Below, one piece after another: positions 37,965 through 51,214 of a DNA stretch of 64,000 bases. Under the pieces are notes generated by a model. The model was not told where the DNA came from and did no database searches. It saw nothing but the letters and a program-made list of their open reading frames with translations. A program made the position numbers and the translations under genes. Origin of the DNA: Camelus ferus (Eukaryota); assembly GCF_009834535.1 (NCBI RefSeq), contig NC_045697.1, forward strand, positions 57,662,001-57,726,000, written 5' to 3'. Each line of letters begins with the position of its first letter. Position 1 is the stretch's first letter.

Positions 37965-39900
37965 ATTCACTTCCAGTTAAAAGTGGTAGATTGAACCTCT
38001 ATTCAACATGTTTACCTTTGTTCCTTACCTAAATTAATTTAAAATAAATGGAGAAATAACAAGTATAAACCTAAATGACAAATACTTAGAGAAGAAAGTC
38101 TATAAGATTCTTGAATTATAAACATAATATGGAGGAGTTAGCAAATATAAAAGAACTAAATACCAAGCACCTATAGAGAGGGTTGCCAATGAGAAGTATG
38201 CCTGTCCATGTCACAGGACTAAGGACAGGTACCGATAGGGAAAGCATTGTGTTATGTGAGCGGTTGAGTTGAGACATGACAAAGAAAATAGAAGGATTGG
38301 TAAAAATTCTGTAAAAGAAGATTTGTAAAAGAAAGTCCCCAGTGAGCTCTCTTAGTCTGGTTTATTGGTGTAAATAAACTGCAAGTGACAGAAGTTTTAT
38401 TCTGTGCAGAAATTGAAGCAGAGAGTGATTCATTCCCTGAATCAATAGGCCACAGAAGAGGACAAGGGAAAACATACTTCCTAAGAATGTAAGGAATTAA
38501 TAGTTTCTTAATGAAAAGTAACATGCTGAAGTCTTTATGTTCTCTGAGGAAGAAGAACCAAAATTTGCTGGTCAATTGTTGTTACAGATAACATACTCAT
38601 GATCATAGAATTTTCAATGATTGATTTTAGTGCTTTGCAAAAAAAAAATTTTTTTAAAGACTAGAAAGAAATGATGGATATTTAATGAAAGCATTCTTCC
38701 CCACATAATTTTGGAGCCCAAACCTAAAACAAAATAAAGAAAATGAATTCACAAAAATTTAAGAAAATAGGAATTTGAAATTTTAATAGTATCCATAATA
38801 TTCTCAGATATATAAAATAAGGTATTGAATCCATTTTAAAAAGATGTAATTTAAAAGGAACAATCAGAGAGGAAGGAGTGCTACATATAAGCCTCAAAAA
38901 TGCAATAAATAATTTAGAAGGGTAAGTTAACGATGCTTCCCAGAACTAAATTACAAAAAGGTCTAGAACAGTAAAATATTATATATTCAAAGTGTTCCAT
39001 CAGATAATTAACTGATGTTTCAAAAGGTAAAAATCTATAAAAATTGAAGTTAAAAAATTCAAGAAATAATATAAAAATAGTTCCCAGAAATAAAACACAT
39101 GATTTTTTAAAAATTGGAAACATCTAACACAGAAAATTGAGGTGGGGAAACACCATACCAAGTCACGTCTTAATATATTGCAGAACTTCATTGTCAGACA
39201 GAAGGTCCAAAATCTAGAGGAAAAATTATAGATAACATATAGAACATACAAAATTTTAAGGTATACATTATGATCAGGCTTCTCAATGTAGACAACAGTG
39301 AATCAATATCTTCAAACTTCTATAAAGCCTTATTTCCAAATTGAAATTTTATAATCAGAAAACCTATCTCTCAAATATGTGCACTGATATTTTAGACATG
39401 TAAGGATGCAAGAAATGTACCTTTCAGTGGCACTTTATCAAATATCTACCAGAGAAGGGCCCTCATCTAAGGAAGAGCTAAACCCAAAAATGAATGAGGC
39501 AAACAAAACAGAAGACAAGTTAATAAAATTCATCATGAGAGTTATAGCTCAGGTATGGATAGCAAGGTGACAGAAGATCCACATGGGATGTGTCTATGAA
39601 GTAACCCAAATAGAATCTGAGAGACTTCCTGATGTGTCTAGTATTGTCAAAACTGTAGGTAGTTATAAAAGTTTTGTCTGAGAATTTTGGAAGTAGTGTG
39701 GATAAGTACATAAAAAACAATAAATAAATAAATACAGACATAAATACATTACGGAGCAACATAGACAAGAAAATATAATTTTACTGACAATGACAAGGAC
39801 TGAGGTAGTGGCATGTAAATAAGATTTGAAGGCTAAATAGAGAGGATAGAGAAAAACAACGAAGACATGGTAGTGGAAATAAAATTTAGGGAAATGGTTA
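37965..39900 (+). mobile_element. Ancient L1/HAL1-like 5' region and ORF1
   Basis: Starts cacttccagttaaaagtggtagattga. A-rich ORF1 remnant with atcaggcttctcaat..agacaacagtgaatcaatatcttcaaacttct. Confidence 0.55.
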
Positions 39901-40079
39901 AAACCAAGATGATTTGGAGAGGAGTGGCACTGAGGATGAGATTTAATAAATAACATTCCTTTCCCTCAATCAAATTCTAAAACATCTAAGAAATGAGACA
40001 AAGAGGTGGCAGATAGAAGCCAACAAATCTCCTTTAACACATATGAAGTAAGATCCACATGAATGTTCTTTGGCTATTA

Positions 40080-40156
40080 AGTTTACCTCTGTATCTTCCA
40101 CTCCTAGAACACTGCTGGCACATAGTAGATGCTTGAATACTTATTGAATGTGTGAA
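40080..40156 (+). mobile_element. L2 3' end
   Basis: cctagaacactgctggcacatagtagatgcttgaatacttattgaatg. Confidence 0.75.
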
Positions 40157-40813
40157 AAATGATAATACTGATGAATCAAAGGATGAAGAAAAGCTGGGTT
40201 TGAAGTTACGCCTTTTAAGATTCATAATACTAAGGCCATGATTATACAGCCTTTAAAACAGAGGTCGCAATGAACTGGAGTTAAATTTTATAGTGTGTAG
40301 GAGCAAAGGAGAAAATATAATTTCATGTATATAGCCTAACCCCCAAAGAAGAAAGAAGCTACCTGGCTATATAAGATGAACTTCTATCAAATGTATCAAC
40401 AGATAACCCGTTACTTCACCCGTGGGGAGTGTGTGTGAGGAGAAGAGAGACTAGCCAGTAGAGAAATTATTCAATATTTCTGTATGTAGGAGAAAACATC
40501 AGGTTACCACCACACACCCCTGCCTCAGTTGTTAAAAAATATACTGTGGCTAAATATGTGAGCTCTTGTGTGGTGGGGGAAGATGGGTGGTACTGGATTG
40601 GCTCACTTTACAAAGGACATCAATTCTCATGCCAGAATTTTATGCCTTTTTAGGTAGGAAATGGGATAGTTCTCAAAATTTTCTAAAAAATGCAGAATCA
40701 TGATCATTTTTTATGACATCAATTCTACTTGCATTAACCTTTCAATTCCCAAATCTCAGGGCCTCCTATAAATTATTGTTTATGTTTCTTCTAAAGCAAT
40801 AAAATGTAATGAC

Positions 40814-40974
40814 TTTTCTGTTGCTGTTATTTTTTTCTTCCATTCCTTCACCACATCATTTGGAAACCATTCTATATATGAAATATATCCCCATTTTGTT
40901 CTTTGTTTTTCCACACTGAGGACTGCACCCTCTGGTTTGCAAAATATATAAGCAATTTTCAAGTAATTTTCCAA
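40814..40974 (-). pseudogene. Candidate exon, fully open, acceptor mutated
   Basis: Lies within the track ORF 40780-40974: LENYLKIAYIFCKPEGAVLSVEKQRTKWGYISYIEWFPNDVVKEWKKKITATE. The pyrimidine tract ends in cAC instead of cAG. The phase-2 end (weak donor GTCATT) matches the 36942 exon. Confidence 0.38.
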
Positions 40975-41329
40975 GTGGTAAAAATGAGAGGCAATTAATT
41001 GACATAATTGCTCAACTTTTATATATTTTGATTAATTATTCAGTATGTCTAATGATAGCTTTTGATTTTACATGAGCTATTACCACTATTCAGACTTGGA
41101 CTTCATTTTATGGCCCCCAAACAGAAAGATTAGAAAAAATGCAAAAAACAAAATAGCTGTATTTCCCCCAAGAGCAAATGCTATAGTTGACCTAGTAGTC
41201 AATAGCCCTGAAAAATGAAAATTGACTTCCCTGTAACAGTTTGAGTAAACATCAGGTTATAAGTTTGATACAATTGAGCTTATCAGATTTCCTGTTTCCT
41301 GAGTCCTACTCCCTAATGAGTTAGTCACA

Positions 41330-41472
41330 TATGTTATATATCTTGTACATGTTAGGTAAAATAAAATATTTTATTAAAATTTATTTAATTCATCTCCTTG
41401 TACATCTTTCAATGTATCAGAAAATTAAACATTGCATGTGTGGCATGCATTATGTTTCTATTGGACAATAGT
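41330..41472. mobile_element. hAT-Charlie (MER3/MER33-like) terminus
   Basis: aaaattaaacattgcatgtgtggcatgcattatgtttctattggaca. Confidence 0.6.
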
Positions 41473-42005
41473 AGTATTATAGACACTAGGATCAGTTATA
41501 GAACATTCATAGGGAAATAAAACAAACTATACAAGCAATTGATTATAGTAATTATTTTGGGGTGATTGTGGGTGACTTTTAAAATTTTATTCTATAAAAC
41601 CTTCTGTTTACTGAATAGTCTACAATTAACAGATACTACTGCTAAAAATGAAAAAAATGCATTCACTGTTTTACATGATATAGATAACTAGGTTTTATGT
41701 TTTGCAAATTGACAGGAGAATAATCCTTAGGATTACATTTCTGATTCAATGGTGAGAGAAAATTCAGTTGAGTAAGTACATTTTATTAAGAACCTCAGAA
41801 ATTTTTCCTAGGCCTTATGCACTAACTAATGATTTTCTAACTCTACGTGCTGATGATTCCTAAAGGTTTAATTCTTTTTTAGCTTACGCCAAATTACTGT
41901 GATATTTGATTCTAAAAATTGAGTATGTTTTAAAATTGTAAAAAAATAATTATCTGACATTATGAAAATAAAGATACACATTGTGAATTTTTATTTTTTT
42001 TTTAC

Positions 42006-42197
42006 TTTGAGATTTGATTCTCTATCTAAGCTTGTATATTTTCTAACTTTCTTATCCTTCCCTTGCTCCTAGAGTTATAATGGTGTGGTTAAAATGCTGC
42101 TGGTGTGGTAATTTGTATGCAAGATACCACTTCAGAGTAATATGAATTTTAAATGCAAAACAAAGCCTTCATCCCATAATGACTGAAATATAACAGT
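42006..42197 (-). pseudogene. Candidate pseudo-exon
   Basis: Strong acceptor tttttctttattctcAG, donor AAA|GTAAAA, 192 nt, phase-0 end. Frame is ambiguous, with stops in all three. Confidence 0.33.
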
Positions 42198-42911
42198 CTG
42201 AGAATAAAGAAAAATTAAGCTAATTAAATCAATTTGCAAGACTCAATTAAAAATAATACCTTTGAGAAAGAGAAGTGAAACATGTGCATCGAACTAGATC
42301 CTACCTTTGTGAAAATAGACAAATGAAGTTTTGAGTAATAAGTACATCGGTTATTTGAAAGTTTTATATTGCCTATATTAATTACTCTTTAAAATGCACT
42401 GAAAATTAAGTGGGAAATAACATCAAAGCTAGAAGCAAGGGGAGATTCATTAAAATAACTGATTATTAATGAGTTTACTATTGTGTTTTATGCTGAAGAA
42501 AGATAATTAGAATGTTTTACTATAGATCTAACTGTGGAACTTGAGACTTTTTTTCACTTATTTTAAACAAATTTTGATAATATTTTAAAATTACATAAAT
42601 ATATTAATTATACTCAATCATGTAACTATTAATTATAATATAAGTTAATATATTACATATAAATTAATTTTCTCTTCAATTATAGAGAGCTGTGGTCATT
42701 ATCAGTACTATATAAATGTATAAAGGAGTAGGTTGTAAATTTCTAGAAATTTTATCATCATCATCTTTCATGGGTCTCTTTGGGTAGTGGGAGTGATAGT
42801 CATTGAAGCATTCTGAAGAATAAACAAATTTTACAGATTTTTTAAAAGAAATAAAATTTACAAGATTAGCAAACCTACTTTTGGTATGTATAAGAACTCA
42901 AATTTTTTACC

Positions 42912-45354
42912 TGTGATAAACAGACTTCTAGGGTGGCCCTTTCATAGTTCTGCCTCCTGGTGTTCATACCCTTCACTTGAGTGTGAGTGGGACCTATGAC
43001 TTGCTTCTAACTAATAGACAAACTAATATAACATAATAGATGATGGGAGGTAGAATGTCACTTTTGTAATTTTGTTACGTTATATAAGATCTATATTCTT
43101 AGCAGACTATAGATAAACTCCCTATTTGCCTCCAGCTGGCACTTAGCAAGAAGCTGGCATCTCAGTCCCAAAGACATAAGAAAATGAGTTCTGCCAACAA
43201 CCGGAGTGTTCTTGCAAGTGGACTCTTCCAGATTTGAGATTCTAGATGAGAATACATCCCAGCTGAAACCTTGTCTGTAGCCTCGTGAGGGGGTCCCTGG
43301 AAGACCCCAATAAGTAGAGCTCGGATTTCTAACACATAGAAACTATGAGATGATAAATGTTCATTGTTTAAAACCACTAGGTTTGTGTTAATTTGTTAAG
43401 AAGCAATAGATAACTAATACAGATTCTGATCCCTCAAAGTGGGGTGCTGCTGACGTAAATACTTAAGAATGTAGGGGTAGCTTTGGAAGTAGGCAGTGAG
43501 TAGAGGCTGGAGAAATTCTGCAGATCATGATAGAGAAATTCTGAATTATTTTGAATAGTCTATTAGCATAAATCTGTACTAACAGTGAGAGCTCAAAAGC
43601 ATCGAATGACATGTTATTGGAAACCAGAGGAAGAAGGATTCTTGCTATGCAATAGCAGAAAGTTTAGCAAAATTATCCCATGAGTTGTATGGAAAGCAGA
43701 ATGGCTCCAGTTGGATATACAGCTAAGGAGATTTCCAATGGAAGTACTGAATGCCTACTGATTTCTTCTAACTTGTTAATTGTAAAATGATAGAGGAGAG
43801 AGACAGATTGTGGAAAGAACTGTTAAATAGGAAACAGGAGCTGACGATTTTGAAAATTCTCAACATTCCTAGGTAGCAAGGATGCTAAAACTGGGAAACA
43901 GCTTTCAAGCAATATTTAAAAAGTATGATCTAGAGGAAAAGCCAAGGATTGAATCTACAAACTTTTGCTAAAACTTCCAAAAGATTAAAAAGGTCAGAGT
44001 ATTCAGCCATGCAAAGTGTCCTTTGAAAAGAATAAGGACTCAATCTTGTGTGACACACATTTTCTAAACAAACCATAGAGGCTTTAGGAAGCTTAATGGG
44101 GTTTTCCCTGAGCCATCTCAGCAGAATCTCCTGCAGTGAAGGGTTTATTTTGAAAAGATCTCTATCTATGGTTGGTAGATTGAACCCCAGTGAAATTCAC
44201 TAAGGGCTTACAAAGTTTTTTGAGAAATTTATTTCTTCAACTACACTGCCAACTTGGACTCAAAAGAAAGAAGACTACCAGAGACTCAGAAGTCTATAGG
44301 CAGGAAGGAGGCTGATAAAATAAGTGCTGCGTCTCATGAAAAAGAAAAGGTGACTTGGAGAATAAAACCAAGAACCCAGAGAGAGAGATGAGAGGTGTAG
44401 ACAGTTCTTCCCAGGCATTGAAACCTATTTAAGGAAGCAGTCAACATTTGACCAGCTTCATTTCAAAACTGCTATAGACCACTGACTCCTTACTAACTCC
44501 CACTCATAGATGGGAATGTTTATAGCTATTATCTTCTGCCTGTCCCACCACTATGCTGCACGTATGGGGAAGGAGGGGATAGTCTCTTCAGTTTTACAGA
44601 TCAGTGTAATTTTATAGGAACTACACCTGCGGGACCTCATCCCACTGTAGACCTAATTTTGATCCTATCCTTTGAGCAGAGGCTATCATCAATTTACTAT
44701 GAGACTTTTGGGACTTTGGGACAAGATGGTGAATGTCCTTTTCATTTGGAAGGGACGAGAATCACTGGGAGCTCAAGGGTGGACTGTCACATACAGACTC
44801 CAGGGGGGCCCTCATTAATTCCTGCAGGCTGGTGTTTACACCTTTTTATAACAACCTCCCTCCAAGTACTTGGGTGTGATTATATCCTGTGATTTGCTTC
44901 TAATGGATAAAATATGGCAAAGTCGATGAACCAGCACTTCTCTGATTACGTTGCCTTATATAAGAATCCGTATTCCTAGCTGATTGGCTCTAGAGATTCT
45001 CTACCTAGCTGCCCTGGAAGAAGTAAACAGCCATGCTGTATGACCCACCTGACAAAAATTTAAGGGAAGCTTTCTGCCAACAGCCAATAAGAAACTGGGG
45101 CCCTAAGTACTGGAGATGCAAGGAGATGAATTCTACCAACACTTTAAGTGAACCTGGATGTGGACTTTTTTTTAGTTTCAACAAAAGAATGAATTCTATC
45201 AAATACCTTGATTACAGCCATGTGAGATTCTTAGCAAAATGCCTAGATTAATCTTGTTACTCCTGACCCATAAAAACTGTGAGATAATAACGGTGTGTTA
45301 TTTTAAGCCACCCAATTTGGGCAATTTTTTACACAGTGATAGGTAACTAACATA
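42912..45354 (+). mobile_element. Full-length MaLR provirus: MLT1E-like LTR (42912-43421), MLT1 internal (43422-44784), LTR (44785-45354)
   Basis: Two homologous LTRs ending taactaataca and taactaacata. The internal part starts gattctgatccctcaaagtggggtgctgctg and ends in the purine-rich agggtggac. Flanks ttacc and ggacc may be a decayed 5-bp TSD. Confidence 0.88.
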
Positions 45355-46039
45355 GGACCAAAAACAAACAAAAAAAAGATTTTAATGAAAATTAAGTTCT
45401 ACTATTTACTAATCTCCAAGTTTCTTAGTAAAGAAAATTAGGATATTAACAACATACATCTCATAAGTTTTTGTTTTGAGGGGTAAGGCATTTTAAGTGC
45501 TTAGCATAACTTGTGTAGCTTTTATTTTGTTTTGTTTTTTTTTTAAGTAGTCCTAATGTTACTAGTAATAATAGACTTACTGCTAAGCACTGCAAATATT
45601 TAACTGCTAAGTGCTAGATGGGTTCAAGGCTGAGTCTTCTGATACAGAATTATTTCAATTTAAAAAATGGACTTTCAGTTCAATTTTTATTTGAAGCATA
45701 AACATTCTAAATGAAGGCCAATCACCTGTGAGAAAAACGCCAATTTCTCCACTGTATAAAAAAAAGGACACATAAAATAGAATAGTGTATGCTTAATTAG
45801 CAAAAGCTAAGCATGGCTTAAGCTCCTCTGCTACAAAACCTAGGATATAGTAGACCAAAAACTGATAATTGAAAAGGTCCTTGATTGTTCAGCTCCAGAT
45901 TTTCTAATACTCAAAAGTTCATAAACAAGATTGAAGTTTTCAGCATACTCTCTAAAGAAAATTATGGATTAGTTATAGAGTGACAGAAAAAATGTTGAGA
46001 GGAGGTTACTGAATTAGAGACAGAGATTTCTCTTTCCAC

Positions 46040-46685
46040 TAATGTGTATAGTACAGGTGCTGTGTGAATGCTAATGACTATGGCAATACTTGACTATTTA
46101 GATCTAAAAAGTTATTGCGGACTATTGGGTGAAGCCATAAAAACCAAAAGAAGTGATTTAAAAACATCTGTGTGGTAGACAAATGCAGAATAGCTCACAC
46201 TTAAGTGCCTTACCCTATATAAGAGACTGGAATACTGAAGACTGGGCTTTTCAGACTTTCGGAGAGTTCATATCTCACGTAGAACGTAGCTTCTGCCAAG
46301 CGGTGTGTGTGGACTAGATTTTGAAGACAGGTATTGCTATTTTGAATCATGCTTCTGCAGCTTTTTCTTAAGAAGGACGGAAGCTGAGCTGTAGCTGAGC
46401 TCTCGGAATGTTGTAGCTCGCTTTGTGGATATCACAGTTGGGTCAATCAGTTTGGTTGTGGGGACTGCAGAAAAAAGTAGTGTGGTCTTCGAGCTAGGAC
46501 TCTTGGCATGGCTTCCTGATTACTTTGAAATCTTGGATTTCAAAGCTGTTCCTGTGAAAGACTGTTTGCTCTGTTGTTCTGAGAAAAATAGTCTACTCAT
46601 ACAGCTCTTCCAAAAAATGTAAGCCTCTGAATTAAGTAACTTTCTGCTTAAATTAGAATGGATTCTTGTTACTAGAAACTAATAG
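46040..46685 (+). mobile_element. Ancient LTR-like element (family uncertain)
   Basis: GC-richer block with a TATA-like cctatataag and an LTR-type end actttctgcttaaattagaatggattcttgtt. Confidence 0.35.
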
Positions 46686-49619
46686 AAAACATAACTTCAC
46701 TATTCAAAAATAATTAAAAATAATATTTAAAATTTGTTTCTACTTTTTCATTACTAAAGTATTTATGTGTTGATATATGTAAGCATGTATCTGAAAGTCA
46801 TAGAGGTCATGTACTTGATTTATTTAAGTAACAAAATTATGTCACTACAATATTCTAAATCATAACATCTTTGATAGTATTGAAAAAATGTCTTTTATTG
46901 ATGATGTAGTTACAGTCAAATACATTTTACTTTGTTTTGGTTGGTATTCTTAAATAATTTGTTCAAATAGTCAACCTAAATATAATAAATGGCCAATATT
47001 GTCACCTTCTGTATTTTTCCCATACTTGACTTAAGACAAATGATTGCTTTAGTATTTAAACTTAAAAACATTTTTAGGAGAAAATAGAATTATTCTGAGT
47101 GGTAAAAGTCCATAGAATTATATTCATACCTTAAAAATCATTAGTGAAAAGATTGATAAAGTTGACCATATATAAAGAATTGCATGGAAGAAGTGTATTG
47201 TAGGCAAACAAATAACAAAACATATCAAATGTTGGGGAGATATACTTTTGGGATATGGTTCTGACCCTCCTGTTAGCAATGCTAGTGCATTCTGTAGTCA
47301 CATGGGGTCTCAAGTCAATTTCTATATTTAAGCTCCACTTAGCTTTCCTCATTAGATGCTCAGCAACTGGGGTCATGCTCATCCTGACCTCGGATATGAT
47401 ATCAAGCAATATTTAGAACACTTAAATCTAATGAACACCTCATTTGTGTTAGCAGGGTGTTAGAGCTTTCTGGCTTTGGGTTTCTTTTGCTTCCCCACCC
47501 CTTAAAAGCAACACCACCTGATCCTGGCCCTGAGAGACAGCAGAGGTTCATGTGTGAATACAAAACTTAAATCTGTGGCTATCCAAATGAGATTAGGGAA
47601 AATCCCAATTTTCAGTTGTGTCCCATTTGTCTTTCATTTTGTTACCAGGCAAACATATTAGAATCAGGAAAATGATTTAAAGTGTCCCCTACTGATACTG
47701 GGCCAGAATTGATGCATTTGTTCTTACACAAATATGGACTTTTTTTATTTAAATGAACAAATTTTATTTAAATATACAGCATTTAATTTTATTTACAGAA
47801 ACACAGTATTTAAGTTAGATATTTTAATGTTAAAACAGTAAATACATTTAGACAGATTTCTTTTGACTGGCAAAGTAATGAATTAGTGTAGGAAATGGTA
47901 GACAAAGAGAGAGAAATAAGGTGAAATCCAAGTTACTAGAGAAAATATACAGATATAGGTATTAATTCAAATTATTTTAAAATAAGTTATTTAAATTCTT
48001 AAAGACTCCACCCACATCAGATTACCCTATGAAGATAAATACTGGAGACCAAACTGAAGCTTATTATATTGCAAAATGTTCAAGTTCTACTTCATCAGTT
48101 TTATTAATCACTTTGTGTATGTTTGTCTATGAAAATTCATAACAAAGCATTACTTAGTTTCACAGTAAACAATTTTTTCTTCATTATAAATTTAGTAACA
48201 ATTTTTCCTTCATTATAAGTCAAAGACAAGAGTATGAACTTCATTTTTAAAAAGAAAATTTTGTGGGAATAAAATAATTAGGAAAAAATTGGATAATGGC
48301 TATGTTATTCTTTGGAATGTATTTCTAATTTATGAGAACTTTGAATATGTCATTTAAATTGCTATGCCACAATTAAGTCAATTTAATTCATAATAGTGAT
48401 AACTCTGCTTTGTCTGAATTCCTTGATCTCCTTTCAACTAAAGGACAAAATGTATTTCTTGTTCAACTGTTCACTTTAAAATAATTTTCAGTTTTAAAAA
48501 TAGTTTTTACCCTTTTTTCTTTAATGACCTTTAAACATAAGTGATGGAAATGTTCATTAACATTATTACAATCTTTAATAACATTATAGTAGCTTATATT
48601 TGTGTATATGTGTTTGTGTATGAATCTATCTTGGATATATAAAGAACTTTTTTAGCAAAAATACTGATTTCTCTTCTGTGGATTAAGTTTTTGCATTTGA
48701 AAAATATAAAATTTATGTGAAATATATAAATTATGATCATATTCCATACATGTTAATCATATTTGGGAAATGTTTTTTAATTCCCAATACTGAACAGCAA
48801 TTAAAGAAATCTATCAAATGTACTTGAATTTCACTTATAGACTGAATTTACTTTCTGTTAAATTAATTAACATCAAATACAATATTATATAACAACTTAA
48901 CAAAGGAAAATATGATTAATCATTTTTAAACTATGACATAATCATCTGAAGTCAAGACTTAGTGTTCACTTTACCAATTAAGCCTCTAATAATTGGTTTA
49001 ATATTGAATATCCCTATAATTTATTAATTGGCTAGAGGAGATAGTGTCTTTGAACATAAAATTTATCATTTTAAAGGGGAAGTAGAGCAGTTTTATCTCC
49101 TAAAGTTTTATTTGTTAATTACATATAGCATTAAAAACTTATGTTGCATATGGACACTAACTATATTCAAATGCAGAACTGAAAGGAAAAACACCAGACA
49201 TATTACACTGAACCACATGAAGTTTCTAACATTACCAGTTTAACCTATAAGAATGGTAACCATATAATTTAAGTTTTCTATAATAATCAAAATATGAAGT
49301 AGAAATACTGAATTTCAAGTACTGGTAAGAGTTCATTTAAAAGTTTTTTTTTCCTTTTCTTCCCAAATAAACTTAAAGGAGAAGGATGTTCAGTATCAAA
49401 AGTCTTTAATTTAATGTATCTCATGTGGATGAGTAGATAAAGTAGATATCATAATGAATTCTGAGAACCATATATAACCTCTCTTTCAGACTTTATCCTA
49501 ACAGTATCTCCCATCAGACGTCATGTCCTGTTCAGCCAATTGTTTCTTTTCTTTTTTAGGTCTACAGGCCAATAATGTTATAATATTTATAGTATAAAAT
49601 AAAATAAAATGGCCAGAGC

Positions 49620-49755
49620 CAGCGAGGGTATAGCTCGGTGGTAGATTATGTGCTTAGCATGCACAAGGTCCTGGGTTCAATTCCCAGTACCTCCATTAAA
49701 AATAAATAAATAAATAAACCTAATTACCTCCACCCCCAAAAATTTAAATAAATAA
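49620..49755 (+). mobile_element. tRNA-derived SINE, camelid Vic-1 type
   Basis: A box tagctcggtgg, B box ggttcaattcc, (aaat)n tail interrupted by acctaattacctccaccccc. Imperfect TSD aaataaaatggcca / aaatataatggcca. Confidence 0.85.
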
Positions 49756-51214
49756 ATATAATGGCCAAAGAGTTGTCTCTGACATTTAAAAAATCTCTGT
49801 GATAAAATTGTATTTGTAGTTTTGATTTTCTTACTTACCAAATAATTTGCCCAAAGTTATGTCATCAAATAATAATAATATGTTCCCATTTAAAACCCAC
49901 ATTGATGCTGTCCTTTTCGGTTTCATTCAGGATAATATTGAGTTAGGCATATGTTAGACTTAGGTTTACTCTCTAATTACTTGTATGGTTTTCATCCTAT
50001 TTTACATAATTATTTTTGTTTAGTAATAACTGCCTTCTGAAATTTTGACATGATGGAAATTACCATCTATTTAGAACAGATGATGAAAATTAAGTTGGTA
50101 ATTATTCATTGGCTGACATATTCCATAGAGACAAAATTTTCCCGCTTCTAATGTGGAAAATAGCATTATAAACAAGTTCACTCAAATACATATGTTTTGT
50201 TGGAATTACTCAAATGGTAAGTTGAGGTCCTTGTCAATCTCTAAGTAAGAGTATTGAAGTTAAGGAACTTTATACTTTATGGGAAAGTAAGATGGAAAGA
50301 GCAATGTCAAAATGTTTCTGGACTCATTCAAATAAAATTATAAAGAAGCACATTGTATGAAAAGAATCTAAATGATAGATTATATATCTTCAATTTGTCA
50401 CAGTGCCTTTGATTGTACTTCACACTTGATCCTGAGCTTTACTATCTATATGATGGATATTTTAGAGATGTCAGTGGTAATAGGGAAATAAGCAAAGGAC
50501 AATATCTAACTCAAATCTCCCCTTCCTCTAACAAACTATTTCATAAATTTCCTTTTATCTTTATTTTGCTTGTGACATTATTACAACTATAATAATTCAG
50601 GTTGCTTTAAGATAATGCAAACCAAACAAAAACTATACTAGGCTTAATCAAGCTTATAAGATTGTAACAATTTAAAACTTGCTCAAATATGTGTTTTTAC
50701 AAATTTTAGTTGATTTGCTCTAAATCATAGTTCCAAGTGTTGACTTTACTAATTTATTTCAGTGGAAGCCTTAGGTCTCCTATGTTATGCTTTATGAAGT
50801 TTCAGTTTACACTTTTCTTGGCTCAATAATACATTAGATGATAGTTTTACAATCTCTTTCAGTTAAAAAGTCTGTTTCTAGTTTTCTTGAGAGGTTGTGT
50901 CAGTTTTGTGACTTTCTGCATTCTGTTGGTTATTATTATGTAATGGTTATTTTCAAACTTTTTGGGTAAACAATTCTTGCTTTTTGCTAAAATATGACTG
51001 AATGATAAGAATTATAACACAAAGTCGAAGATACTAGGGTGTTAAGAAACTTAAAATGTATTTCATAGAAAACAAAAGTTAGGAGAATTCATGGGGGTAA
51101 ATACCTGGTTCAGAGTCACTAGAAAGAAGAGATAATTACTTAGATTTATCCTAAAATTATATTATTCCATATAAAAAATCTGTGGTTCATGATTGGGTTT
51201 TTCTAAAGCTTATT

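Noticed and set aside
48163..48220. About 30-bp imperfect tandem duplication (agtaaacaattttttcttcattataa x2)
   Set aside because: Two copies only, with no spacers. Ordinary slippage duplication, not an array.
49622..49695. Apparent tRNA gene
   Set aside because: It is followed by an A-rich SINE tail and flanked by a TSD, and the stems are imperfect. It is a SINE head, not a functional tRNA.
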